From a bacterium (GTDB lineage Bacteria; UBA8248; JACPRG01; G963555815): a stretch of 64,000 bases of DNA. The notes below the pieces were generated by a model, which made no database searches, was not told the DNA's origin, and saw nothing but the letters and a program-made list of their open reading frames with translations. Position numbers and translations under genes: made by a program. The stretch lies in the NCBI GenBank assembly GCA_963555815.3, contig CAUVWX020000001.1:672001-736000 (forward strand), written 5' to 3'. Shown piece by piece: positions 7,946-21,905 of this stretch. Position 1 is the stretch's first letter. Every line of letters starts with the position of its first letter.

Positions 7946-9271
7946 ATGGAAGAGATTTGGAAAAACGCCCTTGATTCCCTCCGGAAAAGCGCCGGGGGGC
8001 ACTCCGTTGGGACCATGCTGGACCCCGTCAAACCCAAGTCCTTTGACGGGCAGACGTTGACCGTCGCGGTCCCAAACCGGTTCTTCCGGGACTACCTCAG
8101 CGAGCACTACGGGAAGGCCATCTCGGACGCCCTTCAGAAAATGGCCGGACAGCCCATTGGCTTTCACGTGGTCATAGAAGGAGACCCCCGCCGTCCTCGA
8201 GTTGTCGCCGACGAGACCCCGCCCGGGATCAACGAGACCCCCCAAAGCCCTCCGGTCTTTCTGAACGCCCGTTACACTTTCGAGAACTTCATGGTCGGGT
8301 CCTCTAACCAGTTCGCCCACGCAGCCGCCCAGGCTGTTGCCGAGAGCCCGGCGACCGCTTATAACCCCCTATTCATCTACGGGGCCGTTGGGCTGGGCAA
8401 GACCCACCTAATGCACGCTATCGGGCATTTCGTCTTTGAGCGAAACCCGCACGCGAAGCTATGTTACGTCTCCTCTGAGAGCTTCACCCTCGACCTTATC
8501 AACTCCATCCGCCACGATCGGATGGGTGAGTTTCGCAACCGGTACCGGAAGATGGACGTCCTCCTGGTTGATGACATCCAGTTTATCGCGGGGAAGGACC
8601 GGACCCAGGAGGAGTTTTTCCATACTTTCAACACCCTCTATGAGTCAAAAAAACAGATCGTTCTCTCTTGCGACAAATATCCCAAGGAGATGATGGACCT
8701 TGAGGAGCGACTGCGCTCTCGCTTCGAATGGGGGCTTGTGGCGGACATCCAACCACCAGACCTCGAAACCAAGGTCGCCATTTTCAATAAGAAGGCCGAA
8801 GAGAACGGGATTGAGATCCCCCCTGACGTGGCCCTTTACGTCGCGGGGAAGATCCGGGCGAACGTGCGGCAGCTCGAGGGATGCCTGATCCGCCTGGGCG
8901 CCTTCAGCTCTTTAACAAAAACACCCATTACCATAGCCCTGGCAGATAAGATCCTCCACCAGATACTCCAGGAGGAGGAGAAGGCTATCACCATCGAGAC
9001 TATCCAGAAGGCTGTGGCGCAATACTTCGGTCTCAAGGTGTCTGACCTCCGGTCAAAGAGGCGCCAGCGGACTATTTCTGAACCCCGCCAGATCGCCATG
9101 TTCTTGTCCAGGGAACTAACAAAGGCCTCTTTACCGGAGATTGGGCGCCGGTTTGGGGGGAAGGATCACAGCACAGTCATCCATTCGTGTAAAAAGATTC
9201 AGTCTGCCAGGGAAAGCAACCCGACTATCCAGGCGGCCATCGACCGAGTTCGGGCAACACTTGAGGTTTAA
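7946..9271 (+). CDS. dnaA: Chromosomal replication initiator DnaA
   Basis: YTFENF, YNPLFIYGAVGLGKTHL, LLVDDIQF, RSRFEWGL, GGKDHSTV; an alternative in-frame ATG lies at 7910. Confidence 0.98.
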   Translation: MEEIWKNALDSLRKSAGGHSVGTMLDPVKPKSFDGQTLTVAVPNRFFRDYLSEHYGKAISDALQKMAGQPIGFHVVIEGDPRRPRVVADETPPGINETPQSPPVFLNARYTFENFMVGSSNQFAHAAAQAVAESPATAYNPLFIYGAVGLGKTHLMHAIGHFVFERNPHAKLCYVSSESFTLDLINSIRHDRMGEFRNRYRKMDVLLVDDIQFIAGKDRTQEEFFHTFNTLYESKKQIVLSCDKYPKEMMDLEERLRSRFEWGLVADIQPPDLETKVAIFNKKAEENGIEIPPDVALYVAGKIRANVRQLEGCLIRLGAFSSLTKTPITIALADKILHQILQEEEKAITIETIQKAVAQYFGLKVSDLRSKRRQRTISEPRQIAMFLSRELTKASLPEIGRRFGGKDHSTVIHSCKKIQSARESNPTIQAAIDRVRATLEV

Positions 9272-11949
<2,678 letters not shown>

Positions 11950-12174
11950 GAGCGCCGGGCAGTTTTGAGTCAAGGGCCGCGGGCTGACACTGACGGCCCC
12001 TGCGGTGGCACAGGTAACACTCGCGCAACAAGACGATCAACCCGTCATCTTTCTTTGTAAAGGTCTCGGGCGAGCGCGGTTGCAGAAAAAGCCGTGGCTT
12101 CGCCCCATTGCCAGATAACTGGATGAGGGCTTGGGCAAACCGGCCCGGCTGAACACCTGAGCGAAAGGGCGTCT

Positions 12175-14691
12175 ATGAACCAAATCCAGGAGTCGCGCAT
12201 CCCGGTCCCCATCGAGGAGGAGATGAAATCCTCCTTCATGGACTACGCCATGAGCGTCATCATCGCTCGGGCGCTCCCGGATGTCCGGGATGGGCTAAAA
12301 CCTGTCCACCGGCGGATCCTGGTGACGCTGAACGACCTGAACCTTCGGCCAGGGCGGGGCTTCCGAAAGTGCGCCAAGATCGCCGGTGACGTCAGCGGGA
12401 ACTACCACCCCCACGGCGAGGCCATCGTCTATCCCTCTCTCGTCCGAATGGCCCAGGATTTCTCCCTTCGCTATCCCCTCGTCAAGGGCCAGGGGAATTT
12501 CGGATCGGTGGACGGGGATCCCCCTGCGGCCATGCGTTACACCGAGGCCCGTATGACGGCCCTCACTGAGGAGATGCTCCAGGACCTCGAGAGGGAAACA
12601 GTCGATTTCGTCCCGAACTACGATGAGACCCGCAGGGAGCCGGTTGTCCTCCCCTCGGCCATTCCGAATCTTGTCGTCAACGGCTCTGACGGAATCGCGG
12701 TCGGGATGGCCACCAAGATCCCGCCGCACAACCTCACGGAGGTGGTGGCGGGGATCATGGCCCTCTTGGACGACCCCGACCTGCCGCCGGAAGCCCTCCT
12801 GGCGCACATTCCGGGCCCCGACTTTCCGACGGGGGCCGTCATTTACGGGCGAAAAGGCATCCGGGACGCCTACCTGACGGGCCGAGGACTTCTACAGCTT
12901 CGCGCCCCAGCCTCTACCGAAAGGATAAAGCGGGCAGGGCGTGAGGTGGAAGCCATCATTATCAACGAGATCCCCTATCAGGTGAACAAGGCGAAGCTGA
13001 TCGAGCGGATCGCCGACCTGGTCCGAGACAAAAAGGTCGAGGGGATCTCGGACTTGCGGGACGAGTCGGACCGCGAGGGCATGCGGATTGTCATCGAGCT
13101 TAAGCGCGAGGGCGTCTTTTCGGTCACCCTGAACCAGCTCTATCGGCACACCCCCATGCAGGTCACCTTTGGGGTCATCCTTCTTGCCCTTGTGAACAAC
13201 CAGCCCCGCGTCCTCAATCTTAAGGAGCTTCTGGTCCACTTCATCAACCACCGCAAGGACGTGGTGGTTCGCCGGACCCAGTTCGACCTGAAGAAGGCCC
13301 AGGACCGGGCGCACATCCTGGAAGGGCTCCTGGTCGCCCTCGGGAAGATCGATGCCGTCATCAAGCTCATTCGGGGCTCCAAGACGGGCGAGGAGGCGCG
13401 CTCGGGTCTCATAGGACAATTCAAGATCACCCAGGTTCAGGCCCAGGCCATCCTGGAGATGAGGCTCCAGCGCTTGGTGGCTCTGGAGAGGAAGAAGATC
13501 GAGGCGGAACACCAGGAGCTCACAGAAAAGATCGCGCGCTTCAAGGCCATTCTGGCCGACGAGAAGCTGGTTGCCCGGGTCGTCCGAGAAGAGCTCCTCG
13601 AGGTCAAAAAGAAATACGGAGACGAGAGGCGGACGCAGATCGTAGATGAAACCTCCGAGATCACCTTCGAGGACACCCTCGTCGAAGAGGACATGGCGGT
13701 CACCATCAGCCGCTCGGGCTACATCAAACGGAACGCCGTCTCCCTCTATCGAAGCCAGCGACGAGGCGGCAAGGGCGTCCGGGGGATGGGGACCAAGGAG
13801 GAGGACATCGTAGAGGCCCTCTTCGTGGCTTCTACGCACGACACGGTCCTCTTCTTCACGAATCAGGGCCGCGTTCATTGGCTCAAGGTCTATCAGCTCC
13901 CGCAGGCCAGCAGGGCCGCCAAGGGAAAAAACATCGTCAACCTCCTTAAGCTGAAGGAGGGGGAGACCGTCTCCCAGACCCTCCCGGTGCGGGACTTTGA
14001 CGAAAAGAGGTTTGTCCTCATGGTGACGCGCAAGGGCGTGCTCAAGAAGACGGCCCTGTCGGCTTTTCGCCGGCCCAAGGCAGGGGGGATCATCGCCATC
14101 CAGCTCAGGGAGGGGGATGAGCTTGAGGCCGTGCGCCTCACGGATGGCCAGCGAGAGGTCTTCCTCGGCTCCAGCAAGGGAAAGGCCGTGCGCTTCTCTG
14201 AAGAACGGGTTCGCCCGATGGGGAGAACAGCGGCCGGCGTGAGGGGAATGGCCCTTGGACAGGGAGATGTCATCGTGGGGGCCGAAGTGGTCGCAGAGGG
14301 TTGCACCGTTCTCTCGGTGACGGAGAAAGGCTATGGGAAGCGGACTTCCCTTGAGGACTATCGCCTCACGAACCGTGGCGGAAAGGGGATCATCAACCTC
14401 AGGGTGGTCAAGAAGAACGGGCCCGTCGTGGGGATCATGCAGGTCTATGAGGATGACGAGTTCATCCTGATTACGTCGGGAGGACAGGTGATCCGCTCAA
14501 AGGTCAGGGATATTGCAGTCCATGGCCGGGGGACCCAGGGGGTCAAGGTCATCAACCTTGCGTCGGGAGACCGCGTCGTGGGGGTTGCTCGCCTGCCCGA
14601 ACAGGAGGAAACGGGCGAGCTGGCTCCCCAAGATGGGGATCAAATGCCCGGGTCCGAGGAAGGAAATAACGAGAAAGAGGCGAAACGCTAA
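12175..14691 (+). CDS. gyrA: DNA gyrase subunit A
   Basis: RALPDVRDGLKPVHRR, AAMRYTE, GyrA-box QRRGGKG. Confidence 0.98.
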   Translation: MNQIQESRIPVPIEEEMKSSFMDYAMSVIIARALPDVRDGLKPVHRRILVTLNDLNLRPGRGFRKCAKIAGDVSGNYHPHGEAIVYPSLVRMAQDFSLRYPLVKGQGNFGSVDGDPPAAMRYTEARMTALTEEMLQDLERETVDFVPNYDETRREPVVLPSAIPNLVVNGSDGIAVGMATKIPPHNLTEVVAGIMALLDDPDLPPEALLAHIPGPDFPTGAVIYGRKGIRDAYLTGRGLLQLRAPASTERIKRAGREVEAIIINEIPYQVNKAKLIERIADLVRDKKVEGISDLRDESDREGMRIVIELKREGVFSVTLNQLYRHTPMQVTFGVILLALVNNQPRVLNLKELLVHFINHRKDVVVRRTQFDLKKAQDRAHILEGLLVALGKIDAVIKLIRGSKTGEEARSGLIGQFKITQVQAQAILEMRLQRLVALERKKIEAEHQELTEKIARFKAILADEKLVARVVREELLEVKKKYGDERRTQIVDETSEITFEDTLVEEDMAVTISRSGYIKRNAVSLYRSQRRGGKGVRGMGTKEEDIVEALFVASTHDTVLFFTNQGRVHWLKVYQLPQASRAAKGKNIVNLLKLKEGETVSQTLPVRDFDEKRFVLMVTRKGVLKKTALSAFRRPKAGGIIAIQLREGDELEAVRLTDGQREVFLGSSKGKAVRFSEERVRPMGRTAAGVRGMALGQGDVIVGAEVVAEGCTVLSVTEKGYGKRTSLEDYRLTNRGGKGIINLRVVKKNGPVVGIMQVYEDDEFILITSGGQVIRSKVRDIAVHGRGTQGVKVINLASGDRVVGVARLPEQEETGELAPQDGDQMPGSEEGNNEKEAKR

Positions 14692-14812
14692 ACGCAATTC
14701 AAGGTCTTGTTCGCACCGCACAAAAGAAGCCTTTTCTTTTGGTAGTCAAGAGATAAGCCACCCAACTCCATGATTACCCACCCCCTTTCTTCAGGCGCTC
14801 CCCCTCTCGTAG

Positions 14813-14905
14813 TCAAGGCCGAATAGGGTCGCATTGGTTGAGCACCCACAAGAGGACGAGGGAGAACGCAATCAGATATAGAAGGCTCAGGCGGAACTTT
14901 CCCAT
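14813..14905 (-). CDS. Possible 30-aa small membrane protein
   Basis: MGKFRLSLLYLIAFSLVLLWVLNQCDPIRP*; basic N-terminus and hydrophobic stretch; weak RBS. Confidence 0.3.
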   Translation of the reverse strand: MGKFRLSLLYLIAFSLVLLWVLNQCDPIRP

Positions 14906-15041
14906 GGAGATCTTACGGCCCCCCCGGCCGCCGAAGGCGGAAGGCCCCTAAAGTCAATGGGAAAGAGAGGCCTTGCCGTTGACGGCGTCAATGCTCAATG
15001 TTAGCATGAGGGAGAACTTCGAAGGAAGGAATTCAAGGTCT

Positions 15042-16481
15042 ATGCTGGACATTAAGGCGATTCGCGAGGACCCGGATGGGTTTCAATCCGCCCTGGGCCG
15101 AAGGGGGGAGGGCTTTGATCTCTCCCAGGTCCTGGCGCTGGACGCTCGTCGTCGCGCACTCATCTCAGAGATTCAGACGCTCAAGGCGAAGCAAAAGGAG
15201 ATCTCTCGGACAATAGCCATCCCGCCGACAGGAGTTTCACCGGTTGGAGAACCGCCGCAGCCTGAGGAGGTAACCGGGGCAATCAGGGAACAGGCGAGGG
15301 CTTTGGCGGCGGAGGTGTCGGATACCGAGGGGAAGCTTCGCGCCGTCGAGGAAGATCTTCGGTCGGCCCTTCTTGAGATCTCGAACCTCCCCCACCCTTC
15401 CGCCCCCATGGGAAAAAGCGCGGAAGACAATGTGGAGGTTCGGCACTGGGGAGACCCCCCCAACTTTTCTTTTGAGCCCAAGGACCATGTCGTCATTGGG
15501 GAGCGGCTGGACATCATTGACTTCAAGCGGGCGGCCAAGATGGCCGGGGCCCGGTTCGCCGTCATGAAGGGGCTGGGAGCCGCCTTGGAAAGGGCCCTCT
15601 TGAATTTCATGCTGGACATGCACACCCGAAGGCATGGCTACACAGAGGTCCTCCCCCCCTTTCTGGTGAACGCGGAGAGCATGGAGGGGACTGGACAGCT
15701 GCCGAAGTTTGAGGGGGACCTGTTCAAGGTGGACGGGGGGGCGTTCTACCTGGTCCCTACGGGGGAAGTGCCGGTCACGAACATCCACCGGGAGGAGATC
15801 TTGAACGAGTGCAACCTCCCCGTGAAATATGCCGCCTACACCCCCTGCTTTCGGCGGGAGGCCGGCTCCTATGGAAGCGAGACCCGAGGGCTGATTCGCC
15901 AGCACCAGTTCAACAAGGTGGAGCTGGTGAAGTTCACGACCCCGGAGAGTTCGCATGACGAGCTGGAGAGCTTGACGAACGATGCCGAAGAAGTGCTGAG
16001 AAGGCTGGAGCTCCCCTTCCGCGTGGTGACGCTCTGCACGGCGGATCTTGGCTTTGCGGCGACCAAGACCTACGACATTGAGGTGTGGCTCCCCTCCCAG
16101 AAGGCCTATCGGGAGATCTCTTCGTGCAGCAATTTTGAGGCTTTTCAGGCACGGCGAGCGGGGATACGCTTCAAGCGGGAAGGGGGGAAACCCGAGTTTG
16201 TCCACACGCTGAATGGCTCCGGCCTCGCTATTGGGAGGACCGTTGTGGCCATCCTGGAGAATTTTCAGCAGGAGGACGGAAGCGTCATCATCCCAGAGGG
16301 TCTTCGGCCTTACATGGGTGGGGCCGCCGTCATCTCCCGGGGAAAGGGGAGTGCGAGCCCCTCTCGATCCGGGAAGCCGGCGGAGGCGCGCCAAGACCCT
16401 CCGAGAAAGCCTTCGAGGGATGCGACCCCTGCGAGGGGCGCAACCCCTTCTGCGAAAAACCCGGGTGCGAAGGGGAAATGA
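15042..16481 (+). CDS. serS: Serine--tRNA ligase
   Basis: MLDIKAIRE start, [39 protein letters not shown]. Confidence 0.97.
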   Translation: MLDIKAIREDPDGFQSALGRRGEGFDLSQVLALDARRRALISEIQTLKAKQKEISRTIAIPPTGVSPVGEPPQPEEVTGAIREQARALAAEVSDTEGKLRAVEEDLRSALLEISNLPHPSAPMGKSAEDNVEVRHWGDPPNFSFEPKDHVVIGERLDIIDFKRAAKMAGARFAVMKGLGAALERALLNFMLDMHTRRHGYTEVLPPFLVNAESMEGTGQLPKFEGDLFKVDGGAFYLVPTGEVPVTNIHREEILNECNLPVKYAAYTPCFRREAGSYGSETRGLIRQHQFNKVELVKFTTPESSHDELESLTNDAEEVLRRLELPFRVVTLCTADLGFAATKTYDIEVWLPSQKAYREISSCSNFEAFQARRAGIRFKREGGKPEFVHTLNGSGLAIGRTVVAILENFQQEDGSVIIPEGLRPYMGGAAVISRGKGSASPSRSGKPAEARQDPPRKPSRDATPARGATPSAKNPGAKGK

Positions 16482-16495
16482 GGAGCTTTCGGAAT

Positions 16496-16587
16496 GGAGG
16501 GATGGCCGAGCGGCTGAAGGCGGCGGTCTTGAAAACCGTTAGGGCCCGAGAGGACCCTCGGGGGTTCGAATCCCTCTCCCTCCGCCA
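16496..16587 (+). tRNA. tRNA-Ser (TGA)
   Basis: GGAGGGA...CT-TGA-AA anticodon loop, long variable arm, GGTTCGAATCC, ends GCCA. Confidence 0.95.
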
Positions 16588-16649
16588 AGAAGACAGCCCC
16601 GCATAGCGATTTCTGGAGCCAGGGCGGCCATTCTGGTGGCCCCGCAAGT

Positions 16650-16741
16650 GGAGAGGTGGCCGAGCGGCCGAAGGCACTCGCCTGCTAAGCGAGTGACCGC
16701 AGCAATGTGGTCCGAGGGTTCGAATCCCTCTCTCTCCGCCA
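16650..16741 (+). tRNA. tRNA-Ser (GCT)
   Basis: GGAGAGG...CT-GCT-AA anticodon loop, long variable arm, GGTTCGAATCC, ends GCCA. Confidence 0.95.
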
Positions 16742-17001
16742 CGCCCTTACATCTTTGATATTGCTACGTTTTTTGTGGATCTCGTCCCCGTTTTTCGCCC
16801 AAATCCCGGGCGCTTGCCGATGCTTTGGTGAGGGGCTTCGGTTGGCAGAGACGCTTCTGCGTGGCGTTGGCGTAGTGTTTTCACACGCCCGTCTCTCAAG
16901 CCCTTTTCAGTGGTACGGGTTTCGAGGGCGTCATCGGTTGACACGGTTCTCTATGATCTGTGCCCAGCGACAGAACCGGCCGGCTTGGGATGGACCGGAG
17001 A

Positions 17002-18753
17002 TTAAGCGGGCGCGAACCCGAGCCGCTTCCTCTGGGCTTCCCAACTGAGCGGCAGACGGGTGTTTCTCATGAGCTTTTCGGCGGTCAGCTCGGGCGGTTG
17101 CTGCCCGGCGACGATGGCGGTGGCGATGTCCGGGGCGAGGTAGCTCAGCCGCAGCAACCGGGTGACATAGGAGGGTGAGACGCCTTCGACCTCGGCGATC
17201 CGTTGCAGGGTGAGATCGGGGTTTTGCTCCAATCGATCCTGGATGGCGAAGGCGCGCAACAGCAGCCGGATCAGGCCCGGGGCGCACTTGGCATTGTTGC
17301 GGGCGCCGGGGACGACTAGTTTCATGCCCGTGCCAGCGCGCTTAAGGGCGATTGGAATATCCAGGATGATCGGATGTTTGGCTGGCTGAGCGTCCTGCCT
17401 CGATCTTTTTATTGAGACGACGTCCGGTCCTGCCAGGAGGGTGGCCAGGGCCCGCTCGCCGTCGATCTCGATCACGACGCGGGCGGACTCGACGATCACC
17501 CGCCGGAGAAGCGCATTGAGATAGGCCTTGGCCTGGTGCGGTTTCAGCTCAGGCCACCGGTCCGCGAGCGATTGCGCCTGGGTGATCAAGCTGGCATGAG
17601 CCGATGCCTCTTGAGGGTCTCCATCGATGACAGCGCTGATCGCGGCCGCATCAGCGAGCCAGTCCCTGAGACGGACAGTAACGAGGCCTTCGAGATCCGC
17701 CGCCGGGAGGCGCCACCCCTTGCGGCCGGGTCGCTTGCCCTCGAGGATGAGATGGCGGGAGACGTAGTAGCGATAGCGCCGTCCCTTCTTGACGGCATGG
17801 CTGGGTGAGAGGCCCTCGCCCTGCTCGTCAACGACCAGGCCCGTCAGCAGGCTCGGTTGCCGGGTCCCTTCTCGGCGCTCGCCGTTCGTGTTGGCGGCCA
17901 GGGTGGCTTGAACCTCATCCCACAGCGCTTCATCGACAATGGCCTCATGCTGGCCGGGATAGGCCTTGTCCTTGTGGACCATCTCGCCCCGGTAGAGGCG
18001 ATTGTGGAGCAGGTGATACAGCGCCCCGCGGTTGATGGGTTTGCCGCCGACAATACTGCCGTCGCGCCTCACTCGCCGCTTGCTGGTGACGCCTTCGGCG
18101 GCGAGCCGGTCGCGCAGTTCACGCACGGATTCGATTTCCCGGTACTGGCGGATGATAGACCGGACCGTTTCGGCCTCGGCCTTGTTGACGATGAGCTTTT
18201 TGTCCTTCACATCGTAGCCCAAGGGCGGGTTGCCGCCCATCCACATTCCCTTCTTCTTCGAGGCGGCGATCTTGTCGCGGATGCGTTCGCCCGTGACCTC
18301 GCGCTCGAACTGGGCGAAGGAGAGCAGGACGTTCAAGGTCAGACGCCCCATCGAGGTGGTGGTGTTGAACTGCTGGGTGACGGAGACGAACGAGACGTCC
18401 TTTCGGTCGAAGATCTCCACAAGCCGGGCAAAATCCGACAGCGTCCGGGTCAGCCGGTCGACCTTGTAGACGACGATCGTGTCGATCCGCCCGACCTTGA
18501 CATCGGCGAGCAGGCGTTGCAACGCCGGGCGCTCCAGGGTGGCGCCGGAGACGCCGCCATCGTCGTAACAGGTGGGCAGCACGATCCAGCCCTCGTGCTT
18601 CTGGCTCGCGATATAGGCCTCGCAGGCCTCCCGCTGCGCCTGCAGCGAGTTGAAGTCCTGCTCAAGGCCTTCTTCGGAGGATTTGCGGGTGTAGATGGCG
18701 CAGCGCACCGTGGCCAGACTCCTCGCCCGTGGTGATTTCCGATGCTCAGCCAT
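17002..18753 (-). CDS. Large serine recombinase
   Basis: RCAIYTRKSS, DDGGVSG, VYKVDRLTR, LLSFAQFERE, recombinase domain. Confidence 0.93.
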   Translation of the reverse strand: MAEHRKSPRARSLATVRCAIYTRKSSEEGLEQDFNSLQAQREACEAYIASQKHEGWIVLPTCYDDGGVSGATLERPALQRLLADVKVGRIDTIVVYKVDRLTRTLSDFARLVEIFDRKDVSFVSVTQQFNTTTSMGRLTLNVLLSFAQFEREVTGERIRDKIAASKKKGMWMGGNPPLGYDVKDKKLIVNKAEAETVRSIIRQYREIESVRELRDRLAAEGVTSKRRVRRDGSIVGGKPINRGALYHLLHNRLYRGEMVHKDKAYPGQHEAIVDEALWDEVQATLAANTNGERREGTRQPSLLTGLVVDEQGEGLSPSHAVKKGRRYRYYVSRHLILEGKRPGRKGWRLPAADLEGLVTVRLRDWLADAAAISAVIDGDPQEASAHASLITQAQSLADRWPELKPHQAKAYLNALLRRVIVESARVVIEIDGERALATLLAGPDVVSIKRSRQDAQPAKHPIILDIPIALKRAGTGMKLVVPGARNNAKCAPGLIRLLLRAFAIQDRLEQNPDLTLQRIAEVEGVSPSYVTRLLRLSYLAPDIATAIVAGQQPPELTAEKLMRNTRLPLSWEAQRKRLGFAPA

Positions 18754-19204
18754 GGTCCGCCGCCGATGCGATCTCGTCTGAAGGCCGCAGGCCGAAGAAG
18801 CGGGGACCGGACCAGTGCGCACCGGTGATCCGTTGGGCGATAGCGGTCAAGGAACCATAGGCCTCCCCGTCGTAATTGAAGCCGTCTTCGGTCGCGGTGA
18901 CGACATGGGTCCGGCCCTGCCATTCGCGCACCAGCCGTGTGCCGGGGCGCACCTTGGTGCCGTTGTCGGGGGCGACCCGGCCGGTCTCGGAGAAGGCTTT
19001 GGCCAGGGTCCGGAGACGCCGCTGCGTCGCACGGCTTAAGCCGCCATACACTTGCTCCTGGCGCTTGTAGGCGATCCCCCGGATAAGCAGGTCCCGGCTG
19101 AGCCGCCGGGGCGGGGGCGCCCGGTGATGGCGGCGCCATTCATCGCGCAGCGCCGGCAGGTCCATCTCCTGGATCTCGGTCATTTGGGTCTCGATCGTCG
19201 GCAT
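18746..19204 (-). CDS. DUF2924 domain protein
   Basis: PGTRLVREWQG, SLTAIAQRITGAHWSGPRFFGL. Confidence 0.88.
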   Translation of the reverse strand: MPTIETQMTEIQEMDLPALRDEWRRHHRAPPPRRLSRDLLIRGIAYKRQEQVYGGLSRATQRRLRTLAKAFSETGRVAPDNGTKVRPGTRLVREWQGRTHVVTATEDGFNYDGEAYGSLTAIAQRITGAHWSGPRFFGLRPSDEIASAADHG

Positions 19205-19848
19205 CTTGTGGCCTCCTCCGGGCAGGCTCGTCATCGATGATTGCCGCCCGGGTCACCTCCATTGACGCTCCGTTGCCCGGTGGAAGTCCAGTCCGAAAGC
19301 GAATTTATCAGGCTCGTGCAAAAAGGGAGGGCGTCTCTGTGTGGTGAAGCGGCTCATGAGCGTTCAATGTCGTCCGTTCGCAGGCTGTAAGCTTTTACGA
19401 ACGGCTCCGTCGATGAATCTCGCGGCGGCCACTGTTGGCCCCCTCAATGCAGTCATCGCGACTGAAACAGGGAGCCGCATATGTTAGCGTCATCTTCGGG
19501 GTAACAAGTATGGGAGTCACGGTGGGGATCCGTCGGTGCCTGCGTTGCCGGTCCCACTGCCAGCGCAGAAACTGCGTGGAACGGCCTCGAAGGCATGTTC
19601 GTCTGGTATCTCGGACCTCGAACGGGGGCTAAGTGCGCACGATACGCGTTTCAGGTACCTTGCCGCGGCCACCTCACCGCTGCGGCCGTTGCGGTGGCTG
19701 CCACCCCAGAAACCGGCGGCGAGGCCCCCACCCAACCCCGCTCGAAGTCCGCCTGCGTCCAGTCGCCGCACATCGGGCGGCACCGAGACCCAGCACCCGC
19801 AGGACATCCGGCTTCGTCACCAGCTCGGCGGGCGGCGTTCCAAGTCCA

Positions 19849-20238
19849 TCACGCTGTCTCCCCTTCCGCGATCAACTCCCGCAGGCCGCGCAGGTCCTCG
19901 TCGGTCAGCGGGGACAGGTCGGGCCGGGTCTCTTTAGGTACGTGTTTTTCCAGCTTCTCGGGCACGTGTTTATCGATCAACTGGAGCAGCTTGATCTGAT
20001 CGTTCATCGACCCGTGGAGCGCTTTCGAGACCAGGCTTTCCACCAGCGCCTCGAACACGGTCACCCGCCGCGTCCTGCCGTTCTCGCGGAGAGTCACCTT
20101 GCGGTCGATCACTTCCCGGATCACCGAGCGCTTGTTCCTGCGGCCCCTGGGCCGGCCCGCCGGGTTGCCCGACCGGCCTGGCTGGAACCGGTTCCGCTCC
20201 GGCGGTTTGCCGTAGCCGATCTCGTAGTCGTCCATCAT
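19849..20238 (-). CDS. DUF5681 domain protein
   Basis: YEIGYGKPP...FQPGRSGNPAGRPRG. Confidence 0.8.
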   Translation of the reverse strand: MMDDYEIGYGKPPERNRFQPGRSGNPAGRPRGRRNKRSVIREVIDRKVTLRENGRTRRVTVFEALVESLVSKALHGSMNDQIKLLQLIDKHVPEKLEKHVPKETRPDLSPLTDEDLRGLRELIAEGETA

Positions 20239-21590
20239 GGCGATTCCCGTTCGAGCTCGGCCAACGTCCGTCCGCTTTCGGTCTGCACCGGCTCCTGGCC
20301 TGTGAAGTCCCGGAAGCGCTTAAGCGTCGCGTCGACGTATTTCGGGTCGAGTTCGAGGCCGAAGCCGCGCCGGCCCGACCGCTCCGCCGCGAGCAGCGTG
20401 GTGCCCGAGCCGGAGAAGGCATCGAGCACGATGCCGCCGCGCCTCGAGCAGTCCAGGATGGCGTCTTCGACCAGCGCCACCGGCTTGACTGTCGGGTGCA
20501 TGGCCAGCTCGGCGTCGCGGTCCGCGCCGAAGGCGTTGACGCCGGCATAGTCCCATACATTGGTGCGGTAGCGCCCGTGCGCCCCCAGCGCGACGTTGTT
20601 GATGTGTGGCCCCCGCCCGGCCTTGAACACGGCGACTAGCTCGTGCTTGGAGCGGTACAGCGATCCCATCCCGCCGTTGGTCTTGTTCCAGACGCAGAGG
20701 TTCTTCAACTCCTCGTAGACCTTCCGTCCCGCCGTCAGCAGCTCGAACAGATGCCGCCAGTCCATGCACACGAAGTGGATGGCGCCGTCGTTGCTGTGCA
20801 ACGCGAGTTGGCGGAGCACCGTCTCGAGAAACGCCGTGAACTCCGCTTCCGACATCTCGCCCGCGGCCATGGCGAATTCCCCATGGCGCGCCCGGCCCCG
20901 GCCGCAGACATGGCCGTCGATGGGCACGTTGTAGGGCGGGTCGGTGAACACCATCTGGGCGATCTTGCCGTCCAGCAGGCGGTCATAGGCACCCGTCCGG
21001 GCCGCATCCGCGCACAACAGCCGGTGCCGGCCGAGCCGCCACAGATCACCGGGCCGGGTGATCGGCGCCGTGTCGTCGATCGCGGGCAACCGGTCGGCAT
21101 CGTCCTCGCTCCCGGCGCCGCTCAGTCCGGCGATCAGCGTATCGATCTCGGCCGTCTCGAAGCCCGTGATCTCGATGTCGAAGTCGAGGTCGATGGTCGT
21201 GAGCGTTTGCAGCTCAATCGCCAGGAGTTCCTCGTCCCAGCCCGCCAGCTCCGCCAGCCGGTTGTCGGCGATGAGGTACGCCCGCTTCTGCGCCTCGTTC
21301 AGGTCGCCAATGCAAATCGTGGGCACCTGGGACAGCCCGAGCCGCTTCGCCGCCTCAAGCCGGGCGTGCCCGGCCATCACCTGGCCGCGCTCGTCGACCA
21401 GGATCGGGTTGGTGAAGCCGAACGTGCGGATGCTGTCGGCGATCCGCCGGATCTGGCGTTCGGAATGCGTGCGCGGATTGCGCGCGTCGGGCTGGAGGGC
21501 CAATATCGACTGATAGGTGATCGACGGCCGGCTGTGGGCGCAATCGGACGTCGAGCGCGTCGGGGTTTCCGCTTTCGCTGTTTCCTTCAT
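20235..21590 (-). CDS. ParB/Srx-domain fused N6/N4 DNA methyltransferase
   Basis: NPRTHS...FGFTNPIL...AGHAR (ParB-like); FTDPPYN, HPTVKP, DAFSGSGTT. Confidence 0.9.
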   Translation of the reverse strand: MKETAKAETPTRSTSDCAHSRPSITYQSILALQPDARNPRTHSERQIRRIADSIRTFGFTNPILVDERGQVMAGHARLEAAKRLGLSQVPTICIGDLNEAQKRAYLIADNRLAELAGWDEELLAIELQTLTTIDLDFDIEITGFETAEIDTLIAGLSGAGSEDDADRLPAIDDTAPITRPGDLWRLGRHRLLCADAARTGAYDRLLDGKIAQMVFTDPPYNVPIDGHVCGRGRARHGEFAMAAGEMSEAEFTAFLETVLRQLALHSNDGAIHFVCMDWRHLFELLTAGRKVYEELKNLCVWNKTNGGMGSLYRSKHELVAVFKAGRGPHINNVALGAHGRYRTNVWDYAGVNAFGADRDAELAMHPTVKPVALVEDAILDCSRRGGIVLDAFSGSGTTLLAAERSGRRGFGLELDPKYVDATLKRFRDFTGQEPVQTESGRTLAELERESP

Positions 21591-21905
21591 CAAAAACCTC
21601 AATCGAGATCTATTAACATCCTAGAATTAGCTGCCGGTGCGCGACATCGCCGAGGATCCACCGAAGGATTGGACAGGGTTGACCAACGGTGGAGGAACCG
21701 CTCTCGTGAAGCGAAGTCGCATGGCGATAACATACCGGCTCTTGAAAGCTTTACTGTTGGACCTGATCGGTTCCAGTGCAGGATTTTTTTGGCGCATTTG
21801 GCAAAACCCTCGGGTCATAAGCGGACCATTCGGGGAGTCTAGTCACCGCTCGGCGGATTATCGAACTGATGATTCCGGCGGTAATGTTCGTTACGGCTCC
21901 AATGT

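Noticed and set aside
19560..19680. XRE-HTH remnant (ISDLERG)
   Set aside because: Motif too short and no credible start
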